Assembly (NCBI GenBank): GCA_027718005.1
Contig: JALLOP010000001.1
Coordinates: 1 to 39,504, forward strand
Length of the DNA: 39,504 nucleotides
Source of the DNA: Patescibacteria group bacterium AH-259-L07
GTDB taxonomy: Bacteria; Patescibacteriota; Patescibacteriia; UBA2591; UBA6264
Reading direction: 5' to 3'
Numbering within the stretch: position 1 is the first letter of the stretch; each line of letters begins with the position of its first letter. Below the pieces are notes generated by a model that was not told the origin of the DNA, did not search any database, and was given only the letters and a program-made list of their open reading frames with translations. This document shows, in pieces, positions 17,083 to 27,498 of the stretch. A program made the translations under genes and the position numbers.

Positions 17083-17153
17083 GTATGATTTTTCCCCTTA
17101 ATTAAGCCAAAAAATAAGTTATCCACAGGTTTTACACATGCTCAAAAAATTAT

Positions 17154-18484
<1,331 letters not shown>

Positions 18485-18488
<4 letters not shown>

Positions 18489-18694
18489 ATCTCACCTTTT
18501 TCAACATCAACTTCTAAAATATCAGCAATTTGAGCATCAAAAATACAAAAATCTGCGCCAGAGTCTATAAGCGCAGCATATCGCAATTCCTTCCCGTCGG
18601 CATTGATTTTAATAGGAGTAATTGGTTTAAGAAGTGATAATCCGAAATATTCCGATCTCTGCGGAAGAAGTAATTTAAGGTAGGGAAATTTCAT
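18485..18694 (-). pseudogene. Truncated paralogue of the retropepsin-like aspartic protease (69 aa, ends just after the DSGAD region)
   Basis: ALIDSGADFCIFDAQIADILEVDVEKG aligns with residues of the 134-aa protein at 21603..22007. The stop overlaps the murE ATG (ATGA). Confidence 0.55.
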
Positions 18695-18894
18695 AACAAA
18701 GAAAAACCACCAACATAAGGAATAATTTTTGTTGGCACGCGAAAGAGGATCGGATCTTTATAACCTTTCATTTTAGCTTTTTCTATTACTTCTTTTACTG
18801 TTTTGCCGCTTGCTACAACTGTCTTTTCATCGCTTTTTAAACCAATCCATAAACCTTTATATTTTTTACAAATTTCAGTCCAATCAATTGCCAT
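18691..18894 (-). CDS. Small DUF5678-like protein, copy B
   Basis: MAIDWTEICKKYKGLWIGL...KTVVASGKT..EVIEKAK.KGY. I count 43 of 65 positions identical to copy A by hand. ATGA overlap with the downstream protease fragment. Confidence 0.6.
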   Translation of the reverse strand: MAIDWTEICKKYKGLWIGLKSDEKTVVASGKTVKEVIEKAKMKGYKDPILFRVPTKIIPYVGGFSLL

Positions 18895-18942
18895 AGTAAC
18901 ATTTTACCATAAAAAAATTTTTTGTAAATACCTACTTGTTTA

Positions 18943-20433
18943 CTACTTTGCTTTTTTAATAACTTTTACTATTCCCTTCTCCGCATCCACTTCCACGAAA
19001 TCACCGTCTTTTAAAACCTTGGTGACTTTAGCCACGCCCACTAAACAAGGGATTCTAAATTCGCGAGAAACAATGGCAGCATGAGAAGCAATACCCCCCT
19101 GTTCGGTGATAATCGCACCAGCTTTCTTCATGGCTATAATCATCTGTGGGTTAGTAGAAAAAGAAACTAAAATATCACCCTTCTCAAGCTTTTCCAGATG
19201 ACCAACACCTATCACTATCTTAACCGTACCAGTAACCTTGCCTACACAAGCGACGTTTCCTTTAAGTTGTTTAACTTGTTCCACTTCTTCTCCTTTTATC
19301 TCTAAGAAGACCCTTATCTTTTTTGCCCCCTCTCCCACGTAAACAGATTCTTGATTATTATCTATATAATAAACGCATAATTTCTTTCTTCTAAAATAAA
19401 GTTCTCTAATTTCATCTTTTTTATATTCATGGGGTAAAATATATTTAAAAAATTTAAGAGGAAGGTGCCATCTTTTGGCTAGTTCTTTTTGGATCAACTC
19501 ACAGGCATAAAATCCATGAAAAAGCACTTCTTTACGATACTGCTTATAATAAGTTTGATCTCTGATAATAAAAAATCTCTTTCTTAATAATTTACTAAAA
19601 CCTAACTCCTTTTCCATTCTATCCTGTTCTTTTTTGATCTTTTCCAGTTCATTCTTTTTTTCTAAATACATTTTTCTCAATCTTTTTATATCATTTTTTA
19701 TAAGCAACTGCTTTAACTCTTTTTGAAAGTAATTAAAATCTAAGGCAGGCCCAACATATCCGAAATTAATCCAACAATATTGTTTCTGATGTTTCTCTAT
19801 CCATTTTCTAGTTTTGGTAGAATTTAATCTCAAATTTTCTTTTAATATTTTCATGGCTATCCTTAATAAATCCAGCCTTTCCTCTGTCAGATATAATGAC
19901 CTAATTGGGCTGGATAATAATCCAAAGATCTGTACTGATGTCTGATCTATTTTTTTATTTTTGAGTTTATTCTTAATCTCTTGTATTAATCCTTTGGCAA
20001 TATAATTATTAGAACCATATTCTGTTAAAGGCGCAAGTTGACCCCATTTATTAAGATTTAACATCTGTTTATTAATTTGCTTAAAATAATCAACAAGCTT
20101 ATCTTCTCTAACCTTAAAAATATCTTTGTCTTCAATCAATTTAGCGATACGGATAACTTCCTTGGCGTATTTATCTGTATACCTATTCATCTTTTTATAA
20201 AACTTATCATTGAAAAATAGATTGTAAATCTTTTTGCCAAATTTATGAAAATCTTCTTGGCTCGCAAAAAATTCTACCCCTTTCTCAGAAAAAATTAACA
20301 TTATAGGATTCAAATTCTTCCTAAAGAAAGGTCTAATCTTTGTCCCCCACGACTTAGCAAATATATAAAAAGGAAACAAATTAGCTTGTCTCTCTTGAGT
20401 AACAAATTCCCACTTTATTTTTTTATGAGACAT
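18943..20433 (-). CDS. Protein with C-terminal PEP-utilising-enzyme mobile (swivel phosphohistidine) domain and an uncharacterised 400-aa N-terminal region
   Basis: The C-terminus (ILVSFSTNPQMIIAMKKAGAIITEQGGIASHAAIVSREFRIPCLVG) is the classic swivel-His motif. Confidence 0.8.
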   Translation of the reverse strand: MSHKKIKWEFVTQERQANLFPFYIFAKSWGTKIRPFFRKNLNPIMLIFSEKGVEFFASQEDFHKFGKKIYNLFFNDKFYKKMNRYTDKYAKEVIRIAKLIEDKDIFKVREDKLVDYFKQINKQMLNLNKWGQLAPLTEYGSNNYIAKGLIQEIKNKLKNKKIDQTSVQIFGLLSSPIRSLYLTEERLDLLRIAMKILKENLRLNSTKTRKWIEKHQKQYCWINFGYVGPALDFNYFQKELKQLLIKNDIKRLRKMYLEKKNELEKIKKEQDRMEKELGFSKLLRKRFFIIRDQTYYKQYRKEVLFHGFYACELIQKELAKRWHLPLKFFKYILPHEYKKDEIRELYFRRKKLCVYYIDNNQESVYVGEGAKKIRVFLEIKGEEVEQVKQLKGNVACVGKVTGTVKIVIGVGHLEKLEKGDILVSFSTNPQMIIAMKKAGAIITEQGGIASHAAIVSREFRIPCLVGVAKVTKVLKDGDFVEVDAEKGIVKVIKKAK

Positions 20434-20550
20434 AATAATGCTTATAAATTAATCGTATTAAAGCGGCTAAACTATTTCTTGATAATTTTAACTACTCCCT
20501 TATTTGCCCACACATCAGAATAAATTCGGTGCGGAGTAAATGATATAAAA

Positions 20551-21495
20551 CTACAATGTGGTGATAGGCCTGCTCTGAACAACGTAAAATCTTCCACTGT
20601 CTAAACACCACTCAATGTCCTGCGGAACCTTGTAATGCTCCTCTATTTTCTGACATAACTTGGCCAGTTTCAATATTTGTTGATTGGTAAGTTTTTGTTT
20701 TTCCTGTTTTGATTGAGGAACTTTTGCCCGTTTCACTCCTCTTCTTAAACATTGTGTAATCATCATATTTTGCTCAGATATATTAATATCTAATAAACAC
20801 CAATCTTTCTTATGTATTATATAGGTATCAGGCGTGATTTCTCCTCCCACAATCGCCTCTCCTAAACCATAACCTGCCTCAATAACCATTTGATCTCTGT
20901 CCTCAGTCACCGGATGAACGGTAAAACAAATACCTGATATTTCAGATTGAATCATTGCCTGTACCACCACGGCAACCGATACTGCTTGCTTATGCAAACC
21001 TTTTTCAAACCGATAAAAAATAGCCCGCGGCGTAAACAACGATGACCAGCATTTTTTAACTGATTCAAGTAAATTTTTTTGAGTCACATTAAGATAGGTC
21101 TCTAGTTCCCCCGCCCATGACGCAATAGAAGAATCCTCAGCTGTTGCTGAGGAGCGCACTGCCACATACTTTGCTTTTAATTCTGTAAATCCGTTTAAAA
21201 TTTCTTTGCCTAATTGTTCTGGAAATTCTGCATCGTAAATTAGATCTCTAATTTTTTTTGATGCCTGCTCTACTGATTTAATATCTTTATGGTTTACCTT
21301 ATGCATTGCCGCTTCAATCTCAACCCCTAAATCTGTTTTATCTAAAAATCGATCAAATGCTGGCGCTAGTACCACAAACCCTGGCGGCACCGGAATTTTT
21401 GTTTGTGTCATCTCTCCCAACGAAGCTCCTTTACCGCCCGCAATAGCAACATCATTTTTAGATAATTGTTTAAATGATTTTATAAACTCACTCAT
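20551..21495 (-). CDS. PPDK_N-type ATP-grasp (pyruvate phosphate dikinase / PEP synthase N-terminal nucleotide-binding domain) stand-alone protein
   Basis: VAIAGGKGASLGEM...IPVPPGFVV...VAVRSSATAEDS...SWAGE...DIEW...VQSRPIT. Confidence 0.85.
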   Translation of the reverse strand: MSEFIKSFKQLSKNDVAIAGGKGASLGEMTQTKIPVPPGFVVLAPAFDRFLDKTDLGVEIEAAMHKVNHKDIKSVEQASKKIRDLIYDAEFPEQLGKEILNGFTELKAKYVAVRSSATAEDSSIASWAGELETYLNVTQKNLLESVKKCWSSLFTPRAIFYRFEKGLHKQAVSVAVVVQAMIQSEISGICFTVHPVTEDRDQMVIEAGYGLGEAIVGGEITPDTYIIHKKDWCLLDINISEQNMMITQCLRRGVKRAKVPQSKQEKQKLTNQQILKLAKLCQKIEEHYKVPQDIEWCLDSGRFYVVQSRPITTL

Positions 21496-21565
21496 ATTTC
21501 TAACTTACTTCTTTTTAATCATTTTCCCATATCTCTCACTTTCATGAGTGACAAAATTTATAAAT

Positions 21566-21588
21566 ATGTCCCTTTCTATAGGGACATT
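21566..21588 (-). terminator. Hairpin ATGTCCCT-TTCTAT-AGGGACAT downstream of the protease gene
   Basis: 8-bp perfect stem followed by an A/T-rich tract on the minus strand. Confidence 0.4.
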
Positions 21589-21602
21589 ATTGAGATGGTT
21601 TT

Positions 21603-22007
21603 TTATTTATTTTTATTTCGTAGCTTTAAATCTACCTCTTCTTTAAGCAAATCAAATTTTACCACAAAAATATCAAAAAATCCTTTTTGTCCAACAATGC
21701 CATAACCGAATTTACCTATTTTCCTTAAAAATGCGGCCTTAACCTTAAACCGCCAACTGCCGACTTCAATTTCTAAATCATGAAAATAAATAGGCTCATT
21801 AGCGCCAGTAACTCCTGCAACTTCTCCTTTTTTGCCTTTTTCAACATCAATCTCTAAAATATCAGCAATTTCAGCATCAAAAACACAGAAATCCGCTCCT
21901 GAATCAACTAATATTTCATAGGGAACGGATATATTATTGTAAATAACCTTGATAGGAATAACTGGTCTTAAAATGCGAGTACTATATTTTTTATACGGAA
22001 ACTTCAT
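21603..22007 (-). CDS. Retropepsin-like (clan AA) aspartic protease
   Basis: 134 aa with ILVDSGADFCVFD (D-S/T-G-A active-site signature) and a size typical of single-lobe retropepsin-like proteases. Confidence 0.7.
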   Translation of the reverse strand: MKFPYKKYSTRILRPVIPIKVIYNNISVPYEILVDSGADFCVFDAEIADILEIDVEKGKKGEVAGVTGANEPIYFHDLEIEVGSWRFKVKAAFLRKIGKFGYGIVGQKGFFDIFVVKFDLLKEEVDLKLRNKNK

Positions 22008-22013
22008 AATATC

Positions 22014-22211
22014 TCACAGTCCAAAGCCAACATACGGAATTAAACGTTCCGGCATTTTTGTTAAAATAGGCATTTTATAACCCTTTTTCTGCGCTTTCTC
22101 CCATGCTTCTTTAGCAGTCTTCCCAGAGGATACAACTGTTTTTTCATCATCTTCTAATGCGACCCAGAGGCCTTTATACTTTTTATAAATTTTAGTCCAA
22201 TCAATTGCCAT
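22014..22211 (-). CDS. Small DUF5678-like protein, copy A
   Basis: MAIDWTKIYKKYKGLWVALEDDEKTVVSSGKTAKEAWEKAQKKGY, immediately upstream of the protease. Confidence 0.6.
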   Translation of the reverse strand: MAIDWTKIYKKYKGLWVALEDDEKTVVSSGKTAKEAWEKAQKKGYKMPILTKMPERLIPYVGFGL

Positions 22212-22243
22212 AATTTTTATTAATTACCAATATCGTTAATTAT

Positions 22244-22272
22244 ATTTTACGATTTTGTCAAAATATTGTCAA
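22244..22272 (-). promoter_or_regulatory. Promoter TTGACA-N17-TAAAAT upstream of the DUF5678-like/protease module
   Basis: -35 at 22267-22272 and -10 at 22244-22249 on the minus strand. Confidence 0.4.
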
Positions 22273-22423
22273 GTATATATTTAATGATTTCAATTGCTTA
22301 TAAGCGTATATTAACTGTGTTTAATATATTGTCAGTAATATAATTAAAAACTAGATTATTTCTTATTGGTAATACGCTTCGCAATCCCTCGCCCTTTTTA
22401 CAAACGGTGAGGGACGATTTCTT

Positions 22424-24148
22424 TTACACTACCTCATCTTGATAACACTTCTCACAATAGACAATTTCTTTTCGCTCTGGTGCATACGTAGTTTCGAATT
22501 CATTCGGACAATGATCTTGTTTATGAAAATGTTCTACGGTATTTTTGTAAATACTATTATCTGATTTTTCTCCTGCGCATTGGCATTTTCGATGCCAGAT
22601 CTGCTTTGGCGTACGCTTATTAAACCGTTCTCGGTGACGACATTCAAAATCTTTGCGCGGTAAAGGCAAATGCATTTTTTGATAAAATGAAAATTCAAAA
22701 GGAGTAAGCTTATAATTTCTCTTACAATCCTTACAAACCAATATGTCTTTTAAAACTCCTTTATCTGCTTCCTCAATAGTATCAGGCATTTTATCTAATG
22801 GAATGGTCTCTTTGCCACGCGTTCTCATTTCTTTATCCTGCCACTGGAATCCTTTTTGCAAAGTCTTATCCCGCGAAAGTGGAAAATAATCTTGTGCAAG
22901 CGTCTCGTTATAGCCAAAAAGGGAGAGGGATGGTGGGAAAAATAAACCATAAACGCCTTCTTCTTTCATCGAAGTAATAATTTGATCCTTTGTTTTATTA
23001 TATTCTTCTTTAGAATACTGTTTATTTAAAATAGAATAGCTTCCTTTTTTAAGCCCGATACAACCGAAACAATCAGAGCACGTATGACAATTATCACAAT
23101 ACTCGACATCATTACAGATAAAAATATGAGATGAGTATTTACATCTATTAATCTGAAGCGCACTCATAACCTCTAAACAACGCTCTGGTTTATAATAGAT
23201 ATTGTTGCCATCCCAACAATCAATAGGATCCTCGGCATCAGCAAGATACGCACACTCCTTGGCATTGCTTACATCAAAAATCATATATGCGTCATGGCAG
23301 TTATATAGATAGTCACCAACAGCCCTTACACATTTTGTTTGAAACGCATATTTAACTAACGTCCTTGAAGTAAACTCGCTCAAATGTTTTTTTGTCTCCT
23401 CAATACTTTTATACGAAGCAAGAATTTCTTGTTTCTTTTTCTCATATTCTTCCTTACTATACTGCTTATTTTCAATACAGTATGATCTATGCCGAAGGTT
23501 GGTGCAAAGTATTAAATGGTGTGAATCACGAACATCAAAACAAAAAAGCAAATCAGTGCTTGCCTGACATCGTTCACTAAAAAGGCAGTTATAACATTTT
23601 CGACAATCAACACATTCGTAACAAAGCTCTGAATCATATATCCATGAAGAGTCTACTACTGACCTGCAATTTTGAATAAGCCGACTATAATAACAATCCT
23701 CATTTTGCTCTGCAGCAAAAATAAGATAGCAATTCTTATTATCTGCACTCATATTAGCATACTCAGAATTAACATGCCTCATATTTACCAATGCCATCCG
23801 CGGAACCTTTTCTTGTAATGCCTTAAACTGCTCAAAAAATGACTTATCAGGATTATATGTCATACCATAGTTTTTCGCGTCCCAATTATCACTCCACCAA
23901 CATGTTACACAATACACAGGAAATAATGTGCCTGATGGATACACGGCTATAATAGTTTTATTACACCGATCGCAGGTACGTTGATATAATGTGCGCTCGT
24001 TTCTGTGCGCCAACCGCCATTGCATCCTGCATTGCCAGCATTGTGTTGGTGCAGGTGCACTGACTTTTTCATAAAAATCAAAATCCTCCGGTTCAATCGT
24101 GAACTTTTGTTTACAGTTTTGACAAATTTTTGTTTGTGACTCATTCAT
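22424..24148 (-). CDS. Cysteine-rich multi-zinc-ribbon protein of unknown function
   Basis: Dozens of CxxC pairs. N- and C-terminal modules share C-x2-C-K-x2-[FY]-x-[IL]-x-P-x-[DE]-F-x-F-Y-x-K. The ATG at 24148 (MNESQ) is preferred over the upstream TTG. Confidence 0.75.
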   Translation of the reverse strand: MNESQTKICQNCKQKFTIEPEDFDFYEKVSAPAPTQCWQCRMQWRLAHRNERTLYQRTCDRCNKTIIAVYPSGTLFPVYCVTCWWSDNWDAKNYGMTYNPDKSFFEQFKALQEKVPRMALVNMRHVNSEYANMSADNKNCYLIFAAEQNEDCYYSRLIQNCRSVVDSSWIYDSELCYECVDCRKCYNCLFSERCQASTDLLFCFDVRDSHHLILCTNLRHRSYCIENKQYSKEEYEKKKQEILASYKSIEETKKHLSEFTSRTLVKYAFQTKCVRAVGDYLYNCHDAYMIFDVSNAKECAYLADAEDPIDCWDGNNIYYKPERCLEVMSALQINRCKYSSHIFICNDVEYCDNCHTCSDCFGCIGLKKGSYSILNKQYSKEEYNKTKDQIITSMKEEGVYGLFFPPSLSLFGYNETLAQDYFPLSRDKTLQKGFQWQDKEMRTRGKETIPLDKMPDTIEEADKGVLKDILVCKDCKRNYKLTPFEFSFYQKMHLPLPRKDFECRHRERFNKRTPKQIWHRKCQCAGEKSDNSIYKNTVEHFHKQDHCPNEFETTYAPERKEIVYCEKCYQDEVV

Positions 24149-24156
24149 AGTTTTTA

Positions 24157-24218
24157 AAGTTTGGATACATATATTACTCCTTACAAACTTCAAGGTTCTG
24201 ACGAAGTCAGGTTCTTAT
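24157..24218. repeat. Conserved 34-nt hairpin (AAGTTTG-20 nt-CAAACTT) fused to a family 2 repeat (TTCAAGGTTCTGACGAAGTCAGGTTCTTAT)
   Basis: The hairpin shares its stems, and 14 of 20 loop positions, with 33956-33989. The family 2 part matches 40-88. Confidence 0.8.
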
Positions 24219-24248
24219 CAGCCCAAGGCTGACCCGCCTAAATTTAAA

Positions 24249-24320
24249 TGTCCCCAGAGGGACTCGAACCCACATTTCAGGCTCCGGAAGCCCGCGCTCT
24301 ATCCATTGAGCTATGGGGAC
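24249..24320 (-). tRNA. tRNA-Arg (anticodon CCG)
   Basis: Manual cloverleaf: acceptor GTCCCCA/TGGGGAC, D arm GCTC/GAGC, anticodon loop TTCCGGA, T loop TTCGAGT (one U-U in the T stem). No CCA is encoded. Confidence 0.85.
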
Positions 24321-24324
24321 AAAT

Positions 24325-24349
24325 ATGTGCAAAGCCCGGCTTTGCACAT
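24325..24349 (-). terminator. Hairpin ATGTGCAAAGC-CCG-GCTTTGCACAT between scpB and the tRNA
   Basis: 11-bp perfect stem. Confidence 0.55.
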
Positions 24350-24359
24350 TTGCTGATCG

Positions 24360-24893
24360 CTAATCATTATCTTCGCTAATAAGTGAAGATAAGGGGATAT
24401 CGCGTTTTAAGCGGTCATAATCAGGGAGTTCTTTAATATCCACAATACCGAGCTGGCGGATAAAATCCAAACTCACATTATATATCTGCTTATCTTTATC
24501 AGCCTTAATAATTAATCCTTTAATGAGTAAATTCCGTAAAATAATAGAGCAATTTACCCCGCGGATCTGCTCCAACTCATCTCTTATAATCGGCCCCCGA
24601 TACGCAATAATTGATAACGTTTCTAATGATGCAGGGGTTAATTCTCCGGTAATTTCAGTCTTTAAAAATTTTGAAACTGCCTCGCTATTTTGAGGCGCCG
24701 TTACCATTTGATACTCATTGCTGTTTTGAATAATTTTAATACCCCCTCCCCTGCTATTATATTCATTAATCAATGATTCAAGCGCCTCACCAATTTTTTC
24801 AACAGATTCATTTGCAAGAGCTGCCATTTCTTTTTTTTCTAATGGCCGATGCGCAATAAACAGTAAGCTCTCAATTGTTGATATAAGTGTCAT
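24360..24893 (-). CDS. scpB: Segregation and condensation protein B
   Basis: IESLLFIA..PL........ plus tandem wHTH (LETLSIIAYRGPIIRDELEQIRGV). Confidence 0.9.
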   Translation of the reverse strand: MTLISTIESLLFIAHRPLEKKEMAALANESVEKIGEALESLINEYNSRGGGIKIIQNSNEYQMVTAPQNSEAVSKFLKTEITGELTPASLETLSIIAYRGPIIRDELEQIRGVNCSIILRNLLIKGLIIKADKDKQIYNVSLDFIRQLGIVDIKELPDYDRLKRDIPLSSLISEDND

Positions 24894-24926
24894 AGAAATT
24901 ACTTAGACATCATTACTTAGACTTAC

Positions 24927-25628
24927 TTAGACGTCGGAGGTCTTAGAGATTATAATTTCGCCAAATAATTTTTTTTGATTTACCTGTACTTTTTTTTGCT
25001 TCATTAATTCTAACACTGCTAAAAACATTACTGCCTGCTCAACGCGCTCCTTGCCTTTAAGCAGGGGATTAAATATAACTTTTTTATGTTTTTTGAGCAA
25101 AATAAGCAATTCATTAACTTTTTCTCGCAAAGAAATCACTTTTCTCTTTATACTTTTTTGTGAAAGCTTAATCTGCTCTAAAATAGTTGATACAACACTT
25201 TTAAAGCTTTTTTCTAAATGGGCAGTGTCCACGTGTACATCAAATGAGATATTGTTAGCTGCAGACATTGATATTTTTTCTTTGACAAATGAATATGATG
25301 GTCCATTTACTAACTGCGAAACTTTTTTTGATACCTGCGCAAATTCACGATACAGTTTTAGCTGATCAAGTAAATCATCAGTTTCTTCTTCATCAAATAT
25401 GGCCTCAGGAATTAAGAGCCGCGATTTAATCAAAATCAGCCTTGCAGCGACTTCTAAAAAATCAGCAAGTTCTTGCGCACTTACATGCTCCAGAGTATGT
25501 AGATATTTGAGAAATTCATCAGCAACCTCGGATAATGAAACTTCAGTAATATCTAATTTTTCTTTCTCAATGAGTTTGAGCAATACATCAAATGGTCCGC
25601 TAAATTGTTTTAATGCAACCTTGTACAT
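24927..25628 (-). CDS. scpA: Segregation and condensation protein A (kleisin)
   Basis: FSGPFDVLLKLIEKEKLDITEVSLSEVADEF is the typical ScpA N-terminus. It lies directly upstream of scpB. Confidence 0.9.
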   Translation of the reverse strand: MYKVALKQFSGPFDVLLKLIEKEKLDITEVSLSEVADEFLKYLHTLEHVSAQELADFLEVAARLILIKSRLLIPEAIFDEEETDDLLDQLKLYREFAQVSKKVSQLVNGPSYSFVKEKISMSAANNISFDVHVDTAHLEKSFKSVVSTILEQIKLSQKSIKRKVISLREKVNELLILLKKHKKVIFNPLLKGKERVEQAVMFLAVLELMKQKKVQVNQKKLFGEIIISKTSDV

Positions 25629-25631
25629 GTT

Positions 25632-25667
25632 GTTTAGAGTTTAGGATATTAGGGTTTAGAGTTTACT
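25632..25667. repeat. GTTTAG-type heptamer array (5 units) spanning the alaS stop codon
   Basis: GTTTAGA GTTTAGG ATATTAGG GTTTAGA GTTTACT. This is the reverse complement of the CTAAAC units at 6975-7002. Confidence 0.9.
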
Positions 25668-27485
25668 GTCGAAGACGGTTATCCCTTTTGGAACATACGT
25701 ACTACCGGTTAGCACTGCTCTGATTCTGTGTACCCCACTGGAGAGAGCCTCATCTTTTACAATTTTAAATTTCCCAATTTGATTCGTATGTTTGACATGC
25801 GGCCCGGTACATACCTCCTTTGAAAAATCCCCCATAGTATAGACGGTCACTTCTTTAGGATATTTTTCTCTAAAAAAAGCAAGTGCGCCAGCTTTAATCG
25901 CATTTTCAAACTTCTTTTTTTCAACCGTCACGAGCAAATCGCGCTTGATTTGCTTATTTACCAAATCTTCAATTGCTTTAATCTCTCTCTTTGTTAATGG
26001 CTTAGGGTGTGTAAAATCAAACCGCAGCCGCTCAGGCGTTAAGTCAGAACCATCTTGATGAGCATGCTCGCCTAGTACATCGCGCAACGCTTGATGAAGC
26101 AAATGGGTAGCACTATGCTGAGGGGCAACCCTATCTCCCCACTCACCAACGCCACTAAACTTATGCACTGCGCCGGCGCGTGATACTTTTCGATGACGCT
26201 CAAACTCTTTTTCAAACCCTTTCTCATCTACTTTCAATCCCTTTTCCTGCGCCATCTCAATGGTTAATTCAATCGGAAAGCCATACGTATCATAGAGTTG
26301 AAATGTTTTTTGAGGATCTAAAACAGTCTTGTCTTGATTTTTTGTCTCTGTTACTAATACTCTAAACCGTTTCAATCCATCACGCAGGCTTTTCATAAAC
26401 TTTTCTTCTTCGGATTGTACAAGGATTAAAATATCATTTTGTTTTTTTTGCAATTCTGGATACTGCCCCTTATATACATCAATTACCACTTGGCAAATGG
26501 GGATTAAAAAATTCTTTCCCATATGAAGCCTACGAGCATAGCGCATCGCCCTTCGCATTAACCGGCGAAGCATATATCCGCGATCTTCATTTGAAGGAAT
26601 CACGCCATCGGCAATTAAAAAACATACAGCGCGCATATGATCAGCAATAATGCGAACTGCTTTCTCACTATCCTCTTGTTTTTCGCTTATCTGCGAAAGT
26701 TCTTTAATTGTATTAACTATGGGCAAAAATAAATCTGTTTCATAATCTGATGATTTATTTTGAAGCACTGCGGCGAGACGTTCTAATCCAGCGCCGGTAT
26801 CAACATTTTGCGCAGGTAATTTTTCATATGTACCTTCACGGGTCTTGTTATACTCCATAAATACTAAATTCCATACTTCAACAAATCTCCCGCAACTACA
26901 ATTCGGCCCACATCCATTAAGAGAGCATTTTTCTTTTTGAAAGTCTTTGCTTCGGTCATAATGAATTTCAGTACATGGCCCGCATGGCCCACCTGAACCA
27001 ACCGGTCCCCAAAAATTATCCTCCATACCAAACGCTTTAATTTTTTTTGTATCAATACCTGCTTCCTGCCAAGTCTCAATTGATTCTATATCTTTAGGAA
27101 TGCCTTTTTCTCCCTTAAATACGGTCGTCCAAAGCTTATCCTGTGGTAATTTATATTCTTTTACTAATAATTCCAATGCCCATTGAATTGCCTCGGTCTT
27201 AAAATAATCACCAAATGACCAATTACCAAGCATTTCAAAATAGGTATGGTGATATTGGTCGCCTACCTCATCAATATCAGAGGTACGAAAACACTTTTGC
27301 GCACTTGCGGCACGGCGATAGGGCGGTTCAATCTTACCAGACAAATACGGCACAAATTGCTGCATCCCTGCTGAAGTAAGCAATGCTGTCGGATCAGCAG
27401 GAATTAACGAAGATGAGGGAACAATTTCATGGCCCTTATCTGCGAAAAAATCTAAAAATGTTTTTCGAATTTTATCAGTTTTCAT
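25656..27485 (-). CDS. alaS: Alanine--tRNA ligase, short form (catalytic plus editing domains, no C-Ala domain)
   Basis: FFADKGHEIVPSSSL, FTSAGMQQF-like, WGPCGPCTEIH-like, and the editing motifs HSATHLLHQAL and CTGPHV. Confidence 0.95.
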   Translation of the reverse strand: MKTDKIRKTFLDFFADKGHEIVPSSSLIPADPTALLTSAGMQQFVPYLSGKIEPPYRRAASAQKCFRTSDIDEVGDQYHHTYFEMLGNWSFGDYFKTEAIQWALELLVKEYKLPQDKLWTTVFKGEKGIPKDIESIETWQEAGIDTKKIKAFGMEDNFWGPVGSGGPCGPCTEIHYDRSKDFQKEKCSLNGCGPNCSCGRFVEVWNLVFMEYNKTREGTYEKLPAQNVDTGAGLERLAAVLQNKSSDYETDLFLPIVNTIKELSQISEKQEDSEKAVRIIADHMRAVCFLIADGVIPSNEDRGYMLRRLMRRAMRYARRLHMGKNFLIPICQVVIDVYKGQYPELQKKQNDILILVQSEEEKFMKSLRDGLKRFRVLVTETKNQDKTVLDPQKTFQLYDTYGFPIELTIEMAQEKGLKVDEKGFEKEFERHRKVSRAGAVHKFSGVGEWGDRVAPQHSATHLLHQALRDVLGEHAHQDGSDLTPERLRFDFTHPKPLTKREIKAIEDLVNKQIKRDLLVTVEKKKFENAIKAGALAFFREKYPKEVTVYTMGDFSKEVCTGPHVKHTNQIGKFKIVKDEALSSGVHRIRAVLTGSTYVPKGITVFDSKL

Positions 27486-27498
27486 CTTTTGGTTTTTG

